DNA from: Octopus bimaculoides
Lineage: Eukaryota
Direction: 5' to 3'
Length of the DNA: 64,000 bases
Assembly (NCBI RefSeq): GCF_001194135.2
Contig: NC_068986.1
Coordinates: 21,581,704-21,645,703, forward strand
A program made the translations under genes and the position numbers. Numbering within the stretch: the first letter of the stretch is position 1; the number at the start of each line of letters is the position of its first letter. A model generated the notes under the pieces. That model was not told the DNA's origin and did no database searches. It worked only from the letters and a program-made list of their open reading frames with translations. Positions 48,000 to 60,002 of this stretch are shown here, piece by piece.

Positions 48000-50070
48000 T
48001 CTTCATTCATTGTTTTCAAAATTAATTGAAACAAAGGAAGTGTGTTTTTCAACAGAAATATGGTAACAAAAGGGTTAAGGTGGCAGAGTGTGGTTTTGAA
48101 GAAGATTGAACTGCTATTTCTAGTCGGTTGAATAACCATGCAGAGGCTTTTTTGTTGGCTTGCATATGAGTGTATGTGTGTGTGAGTGTGGCAGGGAGGG
48201 GGATAACTCTCTTTATCACTAATTACTTTTATTTATCATTTGATTAGTTAGTAACCTCAAGATGTAAAAATAAAAAAAAAATACTCTTCCAAGCAAATGT
48301 GTTAAAACATACCACGTATACTGGGATTTAAAAAAAAAATGAATATAAAGCAGTGATACCACCTGACTGGTGGCACGTAAAAGCACCCACTACCCTCTCG
48401 GAGTGGTTGGCATTAGGAAGGGCATCCAGCTGTAGAAACTCTACCAAATCAGATTGGAGCCTGGTGTAGCCATCTGGTTCGCCAGTCCTCAGTCAAATCG
48501 TCGAACCCATGCTAGCATGGAAAACGGACGTTAAACGATGATGATGATGATGATGAAAATATGAACAAGCAGTTGCAAAGCATCAAGCCATTTAAAACAT
48601 ATTTATAAGGAAAAGAGTATAAAAATATATAAATTTAGCTAAATTTATGTATTCTTGTACTCTCTTCTATATATACATGTTATAAATGATTTGATGCCAT
48701 GCAACTGTTTGTACATATTTTATTCTAATACACTTACATCAGCTTGACCTGTACATTGTCTATAGTCAGCTCTTATTTCTACATATCCTGTATTCCTTCA
48801 CTTAACATTGGTTTTTAAGCAGTTGGTCTGATCTGAGCATTTATTGTGCGTATATATTTTTCGGCATTGTCTTACCTATTATTCTTTTACTTGTTTCAGT
48901 CATTTGGCTGCGGCCATGCTGGAGCACCGACTTTAGTCGAGCAAATCGACCCTAGTACTTATTCTATCAATCTCTTTTGCCGAACCGCTAAGTTACAGGG
49001 ACGTAAACACACCAGCATCAGTTGTCAAGCGATGTTGAGGGGGACAAACACAGACGCACAAACATACACACACACATACATATATATATATATATTACTT
49101 ATAAAGCAATAGAAAAATACATGCACACATGTATATCATGACTCATACACTGTTCATTTTCCTGGCTTTTGTACATAATTCTCTGTACTGTCCATGCACC
49201 TTTGATGAGTTGTAGTGCACCTGAGCACTACACAACAATTTCATTATTATCATAATATAAAATTAACACTTTCTACCAATAGATGATTGATTGTATGTGG
49301 TCTGATGTTCATAGATACATCTATAAAAATACATGTTCTTTTTTTTTTTTTTTTGGCTTTGATCCCATTCATCATTATGCAACTGATAATAGGAATATCA
49401 TACAACTGTATTTCGTTTATTATAGCAATATGCTAATTACTAATTTATTTGTTTTAAGGTCTGGTAACGATTACGCTCAAATGGTGCTATTTACATGCCA
49501 CTAGCACAGAAGCCAGACAGCTGCTCTGGCAACGATCACGCTTGGACGGTGCTCTTAGCACTCCACTGGTACAGGTGCCATCACGATTTCGCTTTCATTT
49601 GACCCAACAGGTCTTCGCAAGCCGAGTTTAGTGTCCAATGAAGGAGACGTTAGCATGGATGCCAGTTGTCGCCCAAAATGCCATGCTGTGGGATCAAACC
49701 CAGGACCTCATGATTGTGAAACTTCTTAGCTATTCAGCCATAGTGTGCCTCCATAACAATATGCTATTATTACATGCTGTTAAAGCAGCAAGTTGGCAGT
49801 ATTGTTAGCAAGTCAGATATCATACTTAGCAGTATTTCTTTTGTCTTTATACTCTGAGTTCAAATTCTGCTGAGGTCGTTGACTTTGCCTTTCATCCTTT
49901 TGGGATCAATGAAATAAGTACCAGTCAAGTACTGAGGTTGATGTAATCGACTACCTTCTCCCCAAAAATTTCAGGCCCTGTACCTATAATAGAGAGGATT
50001 ATTACATGCTATTAAAAGAATCCCTTATTTCCAAAACCAGCATATTTCAGCATAAAAAAAAACAACTTTT

Positions 50071-50450
50071 AGGAGTGGCTGTGTGGTAAGTAGCTTGCTT
50101 ACCAACCACATGGTTCTGGGTTCATTCCCACTGCGTGGCACTTTGGGCAAGTGTCTACTATAGCCTCGGGCTGACCAAAGCCTTGTGAGTGGATTTGGTA
50201 GACGGAAACTGAAAGAAACCTGTCGTATATATGTATATATGTTTGTGTGTCTGTGTTTGTACCCCCAGCACCGCTTGACAACCGATGGTGGTGTGTTTAC
50301 ATCCCAGTAACTTAGCGGTTCGGCAAAAGAGACCAATAGAATAAGTACTAGGCTTCCAAAGAATAAGTCCTGGAGTCGATTTGTTCGACTAAAAGGTGAT
50401 GCTCCAGCATGGCTACAGTCAAATGACTGAAACAAGTAAAAGAGTAAAGA
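50071..50450 (+). mobile_element. Full-length family-B SINE
   Basis: tRNA-like head (gtggctgtgtggtaag...ggttctgggttca), core, TA/TG tract, 3' tail. Confidence 0.85.
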
Positions 50451-51464
50451 GTGAACTACATTAGAATGAATAATAACTCAAAAATAATCATAAAACATTA
50501 TAAAATGAGCAGTTGTTCACATTCTTTTTTTTTATAGGTCTTTCTAGAGTGAGATTTACCAGAAAATACTTACTAAAGGATTCAGAAATGATATGCCATC
50601 ATATGTGTATGATTAACTTTCTTCCATTGCTTTTATATCCTGGGCAAATCCTTTTCCTTGTTCTTTGCTTAAATCACCAATCTTTTGTGGAAAGTAATTA
50701 AAAAGTGATTATGGAGCTAATGACACCTGATGCTCCACGTTACAGCCAATCTTATTAAAATTGGAGAGCATACCCTTTACTGATTAACTCTTTTGATACC
50801 ATCTCTCTGTTGAAATATACTGCTTTCTTAGTTGTACATTTTGAGGTGGATTTTTGCTTTGTTTTTGTGGATGTTATATAATAGATGAGTTTTTGTGGCT
50901 ATAGGAAGGATGACAATATTATTTCAATGTATTTTGAGATTTGAGGTTTAATTGGTGATAGGGGATGGTTGATTTCCTAATTCTAAATATGCATTATTAG
51001 GGTCTGTTCATGCAGTTGCTCAAAGGATTTTATGAGGTGAGCATATAATTAATTTTGATGAGTTGTTCATCATTATTTAAGCTGATGTTTAGAACATGAA
51101 TTAATAAGAAATTTTGATGGAAAGTTTTGATTTAGATCACTTTAAAACAATTTTGTATTAATGAACTGGGAGGTGGTGTCAGGTAGGATGGTATCAAAGG
51201 ATTTCAGTAACTTATTGCTGCAGGATTACCAAGAAATTGTTTGACAAGACTCTCAGTATTGCCCACTGAATCTATGAAATATGAATTTTTTTATAACATC
51301 TCTTATATGGCACCATCAAAAAACATTGTTTCAAATTTTTCTGTGGGTCAGTCTATGGAATTTACTGCAAAAGCAAACACTGTCTTTGTTCATTACCTTT
51401 ACTCTTTGTGCTGAAAATAAACTGATATAATAATAAATGGTTTTAGTAGAATGTAATAGTTTAA

Positions 51465-51810
51465 TAATAATAATAATAATAATGAAATTATTGTGTATAG
51501 TGCTCAGGTGCACTACAACTCATCAAAGGTGCATGGATAGTACATAGAATTATGTACAAAAGCCAGAAAAGTGAACAGTGTATGAGTCATGATATACATG
51601 TGTGCATGCGTATGGAGGTGGGTGGATATCAGGTGTAGTGTTGGTGAATTTCAGGAACCATGGACGTTTTTAAGGATGCAGGTAGTTTGTTCCATGCTTC
51701 AGCAACTCTGAGTGTGAAAAAAATGTTTCTGAAAGTCATGGGAGCTGTGCTGTTTACTTACTTTTTAGGCATGCCCACATGTGTTAGACACATGGAGCTC
51801 AAAAAGGTGC
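51465..51810 (-). mobile_element. CR1/L2-type LINE 3' end; shorter inverted copy at ~49125-49260 (+)
   Basis: Reads QKHFFTLRVAEAWNKLPAS (one frameshift), then 3'UTR and (ATT)n tail. Confidence 0.7.
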
Positions 51811-53992
51811 TCAAGGTGGTTGTTGGTGCATGGCTTAGTGGTTAGGGTGTTGCACTCACAATACCAAGATCATGGTTTTGATTTCCAGACCAGTCGACGC
51901 ATTGTGTTCTTGAGCAATACACTTCATTTCACATTGCTCCAGTTCACCCAGCTGTAAATGAGTAACCCTGCAACAAACCGGTGCCTCATCAGGGAGAAGG
52001 TTGTGGTCTTGGTCACTTGTGCAACATGGAAACCAGCCCCAGGAGTCTTAAGACTTGAGACAGCAATATTTAGGACGATATTTGTCCATCTTATCCAAAT
52101 TTTAATGATTCATATTGCTAGTTATGTATCAAAGTAGTATATCATTAATTAATTAGAGTTAATAAGGCAAAATTGATGACATTTTTGGAATCAATCTCTA
52201 AAAATTTACTCAAGAATAGATTCAACTTCTAAGGTCCCTGAATGCAAGGTGCAACTGTAGTCTCCAGTTTCAACATAAGATTGGATACTTCAGCATATAA
52301 AGATGTAAGCTGTATCTACAAAACTAGAACTGATAGGATAGGACCGATGGTACCTAAAATGTACCCAAAGATAGGATTAATATCTAAGGGACTGAAATAT
52401 GTTGTGTTACAGGACAGTATTAATACAATTGGGTACTTTCAAAGATAATCATTAATAAAATGGAAGATGTTGTAAAACAAAAACAAAAAGCCTGATATAA
52501 TGGGTGAAAATCAAAATGATTTTTAGGTTCAGCAACCTCAAATTAGCCAAAACCATGTCTGAGATATGTCAGTAAAAATTGTATGACCCAGTTTTCCCTT
52601 TCTGAGTTGAACACTTTAACTTTTTGATGCCAGCCTGCCTGAGATTTCCTTTGTCCTGACATAAAATTTCCTATTTTGAAGTGATCAAGATTTAAAACTT
52701 TCCACCAAAATTTCTTGTTAATTTATGCTTCAAACATCAGCTTTAATCCATTTCTTATATTTCCATTGAAATATGATGTCAGGAAAGTAACTTTGTCTGG
52801 AACTTAAACTGGCATTGAATTTTGATGAAAGGTTTTTATTTAGATCACCCCAAAACAGTTTCTTTGAAAAGGTGTTAAATATAATAGTTATTTTTCATTA
52901 TTTACAAAATTAATTAAAAACAAAGGTATATTTGAACAGTAATATGGTAACAAAGGAGTTAATTCTGACAGCATTTGCTTGTAGTCTTTATGGTATTAAT
53001 CAACCAAATATTTTCAACTATAAACATATAATTTATTTGTATACNNNNNNNNNNNNNNNNNNNNNNNNNNNNNNNNNNNNNNNNNNNNNNNNNNNNNNNN
53101 NNNNNNNNNNNNNNNNNNNNNNNNNNNNNNNNNNNNNNNNNNNNNNNNNNNNNNNNNNNNNNNNNNNNNNNNNNNNNNNNNNNNNNNNNNNNNNNNNNNN
53201 NNNNNNNNNNNNNNNNNNNNNNNNNNNNNNNNNNNNNNNNNNNNNNNNNNNNNNNNNNNNNNNNNNNNNNNNNNNNNNNNNNNNNNNNNNNNNNNNNNNN
53301 NNNNNNNNNNNNNNNNNNNNNNNNNNNNNNNNNNNNNNNNNNNNNNNNNNNNNNNNNNNNNNNNNNNNNNNNNNNNNNNNNNNNNNNNNNNNNNNNNNNN
53401 NNNNNNNNNNNNNNNNNNNNNNNNNNNNNNNNNNNNNNNNNNNNNNNNNNNNNNNNNNNNNNNNNNNNNNNNNNNNNNNNNNNNNNNNNNNNNNNNNNNN
53501 NNNNNNNNNNNNNNNNNNNNNNNNNNNNNNNNNNNNTATATATTATATATAGTGAGTAACTTGTTTGATGAGCAATTACCCAAAAAAGCTCATCAAATTT
53601 TAATTTGGATTAACAAAAGGATTATTTTTAAGGTGAATACATGCTTTCAAATGTTCATGAAAGACAGTAGTGTAAGAGTGTAAGTGAACTACAGAAGCAG
53701 GATTATGCCTCAAAACAGATCGAAAGGCATTGTATACAAATTCCCCATCAAAGAATATGGCTCTGAGGAGCAACTTACAATACAAAACTTTGTTTTTCTT
53801 TCTTTTCTTTTCTTTTTTTTTTTTTTTGCATTGGTAAGTTGCAAGAACTCAGTTTTGAAACCTTGATGCAGTTATATCACTCCTGCTCAGTAGATTAATA
53901 GATGAGTGGTGTTTATATTATGTATTATTGTTTTTCTTATATACATAGTTATATACACATACTTATACATACATATATTTATATACATACAC

Positions 53993-54040
<48 letters not shown>

Positions 54041-54590
54041 ATATACACACATACATACACATACACACACATATATCTATGTAATGCATATATGTATGTA
54101 TATACACACATAATCACACATAATTTAAATGACATTTTGTGCTGTTTACCTTAACTTCCATTGAAGTTTTTATCGTTCACTCGATTTAAACTCAGCAATT
54201 AAATCATTATTGGCAGGAGTTGCTACTCTTGGTTTGAAATTTTCGTTTCTCTGACAGGAGCAGCTTCTAAAGAGAATTTTCACCTTTTTCCCTTCATGAC
54301 AGAAATTATATTTTACTCCAGAATGGCTACACTTTATTTGCTGATTATTTACATCATTTATTCAGTTGAACGGGATTTGATTTTATGTTCGTCTATCATT
54401 TCTTGTTTGTTCCCCTAAAAGAATCGCAAAAATATTTCAAAGAAGGCATTCTTACTGATGAAATATGTGAACTATTTGAACATACCCTGGTATATAGAAT
54501 ATATACATACATATGTGTGTTTGCATATATATATATATATAGGTGAGAGCTTTTTCTGTGCAGAAGTTATTTGTCCACAAAAATTCCATG

Positions 54591-54625
<35 letters not shown>

Positions 54626-55664
54626 GATTCATTTTTCACTGTTTGGGTCTGTAATAGAGTAATTAATTAGTATTAATCAAGAATGATTGGTTATTCGCTT
54701 TCGTGAGACATTATTAATATTCCTGTATAAATGCTGTATAAATCCAGCAATCTTTTAATTGTAAAACAATTAGTTATTTTAATTATTTTTATCCATGAGC
54801 CAAATAATTCTGGAAAGGGGTTTACCGTCATTATTTTATTTTTACCATTTAACAAGTTTAGCAAATTTTCTTTGTTTTGATTTTCGTTTAGTGATATGCT
54901 CAAAATGGTTTTTATTAAAAGAAGAAACAAGACTTCTGTTTGAAATTTGGATCACAAAATAGCATTCTGGTTTAGGCAATTTCAAAGATAACTTAATTTA
55001 CTTGTTTTTGTTTTTTTCTTATCCATTTTGCACATTTCGTTGAAATAGTATATCAATAAAAGAACAATTGGTGTTATTCTAGGATATGCAATAATCCAAA
55101 GGTATATAATAATTGAAAATTAAATGAAAGATTAAATGTAGACTTTAGAGGTAGCTATGAATAAAACTTGATTGATTGAATCTGTAAGAATCACAGATCA
55201 CTTCTCTTACTGTTGTTGCATCTCAACGTTATAAAACGTTTGTGTTTTGCAGAGAGTTGAATCAAGTAAAGCAACAGGGATTGAAACAGCACAAAAAGAA
55301 ATAAATATTCAAAATGTGAAAAAAAAAATATGTAAAAGAATTTGTGGTGGGATGGGAGAAATATTATTTCGGTAACAATGGTGAAGCTGCTTTAAACGTC
55401 TGTTTGGTGCTAATATACTAGGTTTACATAAGTTACATAATCACAGATAGTTTGCAAAAAATAAACTTTTAATAATAAACATAATCTTAATTATTCAAAA
55501 AAAAAAAAAAAAAAAAGCAAGCAATATATATAGTTTTTGTTATGGCTTTGTTTTCTTCTAGTTTGAAAGAAAATGTCTTTTTTTTTCCTTTCATGTTTAA
55601 TGTATTGGGCCCCTATAACCAAGATAAATTAAGAATGTGATTCTAAATAAAATAAATTAACAAC

Positions 55665-58600
55665 CTACTGTCCTTTCCAGGGGTCAACTTGCATTTTAGC
55701 ATACATATCGAAAAAACAAATTTGATAGTTTTTATCACCGTTATTGTCCCAAAAGACATTATCACCAGCTTGATAACAAACCGCAAACTGCATTTTAGTA
55801 TTAAAAACTGTCGGTACATTCATTTCAAAGGTGTACGTTTCATATGGATATGTGTATTCTGTATTAGACAAGCTAGCAGGTACATCTATGCAAGTCTTCC
55901 ATCCATCAAAACTGCACCGTATAAATACGGTTTTCTTTACATTTAAATTTTTAACTTTGATGCTACCAGTTAACATGAAGTCCTTATTAAAAACGTGTTC
56001 TAAAGCTACAAAGTCTCTCTCAAGGCGGCTTTTAAAAGTGACATAATCAGCAGCAGGTTTAGAAACATTCAAGCAAATAGCTGATTTTCTAATATGTTTG
56101 GTTTCTTTTATAGATGAAGCCACATCCCAAGAGGAATTACCTGAGAAAGATGTCACACCTTTCTTCAACACACTTGGGTAGCATTTTGGTAACACAGCTT
56201 CAGTTTCACTTGAACGGAATTTGGAAAGCATTTCTTGCTGAATAGTATGGGTTGATACTATTTCATAGTTTTTATTGTCATTGTTGTCCCAATAAGTCTG
56301 ATCATCACTTTTGTAGCAAACTGCAAAAACAACATGCATGATTTCTTCGAAGGACACTGGCATGGTTAAGGCAAAGCTAAAAGTTTCATATTGATTCGGG
56401 AAGCTGCTAGGAGTATGTGTGGCAGGAATATCTACGGCTGTCTCCCAAAGATTAAATGAGCAACGGAGAAAAACAGATTTCTTATTCCCCATTGGTTTTA
56501 TTTTCACAGTTCCAAGAATTATGTTATTTCGAAGGAGAACATTTTCAAGTGAAACATATGTCGTTTCAAGTCTGTTGCGAAATGTGACATAGTCAGCAGC
56601 TGGTTGACGGAAGCGTAGAGAAAAGATTTGTTGAGTTGCCGGCGCCTCTTTATCAGTTGAACTGGACAAATCTATCTGAGAACTTCTAGGTGATGATGAT
56701 GATGTTGTGGATCCATTTGGTGATGTCATTACAATCTTTGGAATATCTGAACTGATGGAACATTTGGATCGATCTGCTTGAGCATCTGAGCTGAGTTCTT
56801 CCTGTAATTCCTCCATCAAAGCCATCGAAAACATTTCACTAGTTTTCAAGGTTGACTGACGTCTAAGCTTTGGTGATGGCAAAGGTTCATTGTCATCAGT
56901 TTCAATTTGATTTTCATTTTCTTTCAAAGATTTAGCAAGAATTTCTTTTGTTTCTAAAACCTCTTTAATTTTGGAACTTTTATCTATTGAACAACTACTG
57001 TCTTCAGCCTCTTTGTCTTTGTTTTCTGACAGTGTGCTTTCAGTTGTTGGATCCTGAAGTTGTATACATGAAGGATCACTGGTAGAATCCCTTGATGAAG
57101 CTACAATATTTTCTTCAGTAAATTCATGTTTGATATTGTCTGTGGTTTCATCGCTTGGTAATTCAATGTCAGACTTTGCTTCAGAAATTTCTTTTGTTGG
57201 TCCTTTCTCTGGCTCTGATTCTTGCCTTTGTAATGCATCAGTTTTGGTAATAGGATAACCAAAATCAGGTTCAAGTATCATTTTTTTCTCTTCAGGATCA
57301 CTTAAGCTGAAACATTCAAGTTCATGTGACATCATTCGAGGTAATTTGGTTTCAGTTTTGCTTTCATTATTTGAATTATTTTGTTTCTGAGATGAAGGGT
57401 GCCTGACTTTACTCAACAAATCAACTCTTACGTCTGATACAGGTGATGAACATGAGGCATCAGTATCACTATTGAGGGAAATGTCTCTTTTAAATGTCGA
57501 TAAATCTTTAGCAATGTCTTCAAATTCAAAGGATCCACTCCTGTTAATTATTGGAGCTGAGTGTGGTGTTTGAGGTTTCTTTTTAAATGATGAATGTGTT
57601 GTGCCAGTTTTAACATCACCCTCTGTTACCTCGTCTTGGCTACTGTGACCACTGGATCCTTCTAAAACTGCAAATCTTTTTTCATTGCCTTTCAAAGAGA
57701 ACTGAGAAAATTCAGAAAAATGTTGATCTCTATCACCAGATGAATAATAATCACTTGTAATTGATTGATCTAATAAATCATTATCATATGAAACATGTCC
57801 TCCATGCTGGAAGGAATCACTGTCATAAGATGCAAGAAGGTGTTCATTGTTGTCTAGGAGGGAAATTCGCTCATTCTCTACGGAACGATCATCGTAACCA
57901 GATGAATGAGATATTGCTTCTTCCAGGAAATGCGACTCATTCAGATTTGCAAGCAAATTAGTATCTTCACTAATATCTAAAGAATGAGAACCATCTCTCT
58001 GGAAATAAATATTTTCTTCATGCAGATCCAATAATTCACCTCCTGTTTCACTGACACTCATAAATTCTTCCTTGCTGAATCCTTCTTTTTCAAGAAGTTC
58101 TCGAAATTCAAGAAATTCCTCAGGAGGGGACGGAAATTCGTTATCGTTTTCATTTTCTTGCTGATCGTTATTATCCGGTGTAGCTCTGTTTAAATGGTTT
58201 CCATTTTGACTATCTTTTCTGTCATCCTGTGTTTTTTCTACATCTCCATCATTATCATATGGAAATGTAGAAGAAGAGCATTCACTGGGTGAAAAAGATG
58301 GGGCATCATTTTCAAATGATGTCTCTCTCTGGATCTGTTCTTCGGGGGGCAGGTCAACTGAATCAGATGTGGTGTCAAAATTAGTAGAAGCATTATTATT
58401 TACTAGTTCATCTTCAAATGACACTTTTTTATCAAGAATATATTTTCCAAAGGATTTCAGTGGATATTCTCTGAAACTTTCTTGGGTTGTTTCATTTTGA
58501 GAAATACATTTTTGAGCATTGTCAATGCAGGTTGACACAGTCTTATCTGCAAAATCTGATATATTTGTGGGAGAAGAAAATTCCATCAATTTATTCTCTG

Positions 58601-60002
58601 GTGTCGGGGAATCATGGGAACTGTCAGAATCAGGAAGGAAAAGGTCTGTAGAACACACAGTTTCTGAATCAGTAGATAGCTGGCAATTTCTTTTACTTTG
58701 TATAGGTGGTGTAGACTCAAGGAATGTTTCTTCATCATCAGCATCATGTTCATCATCATCTTCCCAAAGGTAAGTACGTGAGTCTTGAGGAAGTAATTGT
58801 TGTTTTTCTGGGACATTATGATAGCCTTCAAAAGAACAAAGATCATAAGATTCCTCTGAAAGTGGATTGTCCACAACACGCACTTGGACCATTTTGTCTT
58901 CATCTAATGCTGTATAAGAACTGTCTGTGCTGATTTGGAATTTTGGTTCGCTTCTATTATTAGCTGATTTGTGATATGGATAATCATCATAACCTGGAGT
59001 CATATCCCATTTATCTGTCAGGGACTGAGAACTGTCTGTAAATGCTTCATTGTTGTGTACCAAAGTAGAAACAATGCATTCCTTGAAAACCTTATAACCT
59101 CCATTTGAATCTCTTTCAATAATTGTCTTCTCTTCTTTATGCAGTGAGCCAGAGCTATGTTTAAAACCCTCGTTAATATAATCTAATACCTTGGGTTTAT
59201 CATTGGTTTCGTCTTCTTTAACATTGAAAGATTGATTTCGGAGACTATCCAGGACACTTCCGTTTGCAATGTCAACAAGGACTGATTCATGAATCTCCTC
59301 TGGTGGATCAACATTGGCAGTGTTGAGACGTTTGGGCTGTTCTAAACAGACACAGTTTTGTGAGACTTCCGGCTTCGTTTCTATTATTTTAGCAACTGTG
59401 GGAGTAAGTTCAATAACAGGTGACAACCTTACTTCGATAAAAGGAGGGGTCTCCTCTCTGGCAAAACGGGTACAAAATTCATCATTTGGTATCTTTTCTC
59501 TAATGAAATCTGGTTGGTCTAATTGTTCAGTTGTATAAGATACATAAGCTTTCAATGGTGTTCCACCACACTTTTTCGAAAGGATTGGTTGACGGTCATT
59601 GATATCAGGGCTGCCATCCTCGATGGACATGTGCTTGGAAAGAGATCTGTTTTTAAATCGTTCTTTCAGTTCTTTTATCATAGGATCCTCGCTATATCCT
59701 GCAATAGCAGTTGGAGGTTTCGTGTAGACCGGATGAATTAGTGGATTTGCATTGGAGTTTTTATTAGAATGTGCACAAATTTTTGTCGGCGAAGCAAGGA
59801 GCACGTTAATTTTCTCAAAACTGTGCGTCTTTTCTTCATTACTCGATTCAGGCTGTCTTTCAATAATATGGAGATCGTGGGGTTTTAACGAAGCAGCGAT
59901 CGGTGTCTTCTCCTCCAGGGGCTTCGCCGCTGCTTTTGAAAAGTCACCGCGTTCATCGTCATCAGCATGACAACATCCCATACGAGAGAAATAATTCCCC
60001 AT
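55665..60002 (-). CDS. Protein phosphatase 1 glycogen-targeting regulatory subunit-like protein (PPP1R3 family), 1445 aa, two C-terminal CBM21 domains
   Basis: Uninterrupted 4.3-kb ORF; two FxQP/SKP-AADY...G-x-(V/I)-K...W...FAVCY...WDNN...NY blocks; KKVSF at aa 525-529; in-frame stops just upstream of the ATG; strong Kozak context (aagaATGG). Confidence 0.9.
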   Translation of the reverse strand: MGNYFSRMGCCHADDDERGDFSKAAAKPLEEKTPIAASLKPHDLHIIERQPESSNEEKTHSFEKINVLLASPTKICAHSNKNSNANPLIHPVYTKPPTAIAGYSEDPMIKELKERFKNRSLSKHMSIEDGSPDINDRQPILSKKCGGTPLKAYVSYTTEQLDQPDFIREKIPNDEFCTRFAREETPPFIEVRLSPVIELTPTVAKIIETKPEVSQNCVCLEQPKRLNTANVDPPEEIHESVLVDIANGSVLDSLRNQSFNVKEDETNDKPKVLDYINEGFKHSSGSLHKEEKTIIERDSNGGYKVFKECIVSTLVHNNEAFTDSSQSLTDKWDMTPGYDDYPYHKSANNRSEPKFQISTDSSYTALDEDKMVQVRVVDNPLSEESYDLCSFEGYHNVPEKQQLLPQDSRTYLWEDDDEHDADDEETFLESTPPIQSKRNCQLSTDSETVCSTDLFLPDSDSSHDSPTPENKLMEFSSPTNISDFADKTVSTCIDNAQKCISQNETTQESFREYPLKSFGKYILDKKVSFEDELVNNNASTNFDTTSDSVDLPPEEQIQRETSFENDAPSFSPSECSSSTFPYDNDGDVEKTQDDRKDSQNGNHLNRATPDNNDQQENENDNEFPSPPEEFLEFRELLEKEGFSKEEFMSVSETGGELLDLHEENIYFQRDGSHSLDISEDTNLLANLNESHFLEEAISHSSGYDDRSVENERISLLDNNEHLLASYDSDSFQHGGHVSYDNDLLDQSITSDYYSSGDRDQHFSEFSQFSLKGNEKRFAVLEGSSGHSSQDEVTEGDVKTGTTHSSFKKKPQTPHSAPIINRSGSFEFEDIAKDLSTFKRDISLNSDTDASCSSPVSDVRVDLLSKVRHPSSQKQNNSNNESKTETKLPRMMSHELECFSLSDPEEKKMILEPDFGYPITKTDALQRQESEPEKGPTKEISEAKSDIELPSDETTDNIKHEFTEENIVASSRDSTSDPSCIQLQDPTTESTLSENKDKEAEDSSCSIDKSSKIKEVLETKEILAKSLKENENQIETDDNEPLPSPKLRRQSTLKTSEMFSMALMEELQEELSSDAQADRSKCSISSDIPKIVMTSPNGSTTSSSSPRSSQIDLSSSTDKEAPATQQIFSLRFRQPAADYVTFRNRLETTYVSLENVLLRNNIILGTVKIKPMGNKKSVFLRCSFNLWETAVDIPATHTPSSFPNQYETFSFALTMPVSFEEIMHVVFAVCYKSDDQTYWDNNDNKNYEIVSTHTIQQEMLSKFRSSETEAVLPKCYPSVLKKGVTSFSGNSSWDVASSIKETKHIRKSAICLNVSKPAADYVTFKSRLERDFVALEHVFNKDFMLTGSIKVKNLNVKKTVFIRCSFDGWKTCIDVPASLSNTEYTYPYETYTFEMNVPTVFNTKMQFAVCYQAGDNVFWDNNGDKNYQICFFDMYAKMQVDPWKGQ

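Noticed and set aside
50538-50552. Strong acceptor (T-tract tag) that would give an alternative SCFD2 ending VFLE*
   Set aside because: It lies downstream of the homologous terminal exon and its polyA signals, has no similarity to SCFD2, and such sites are common in AT-rich DNA.
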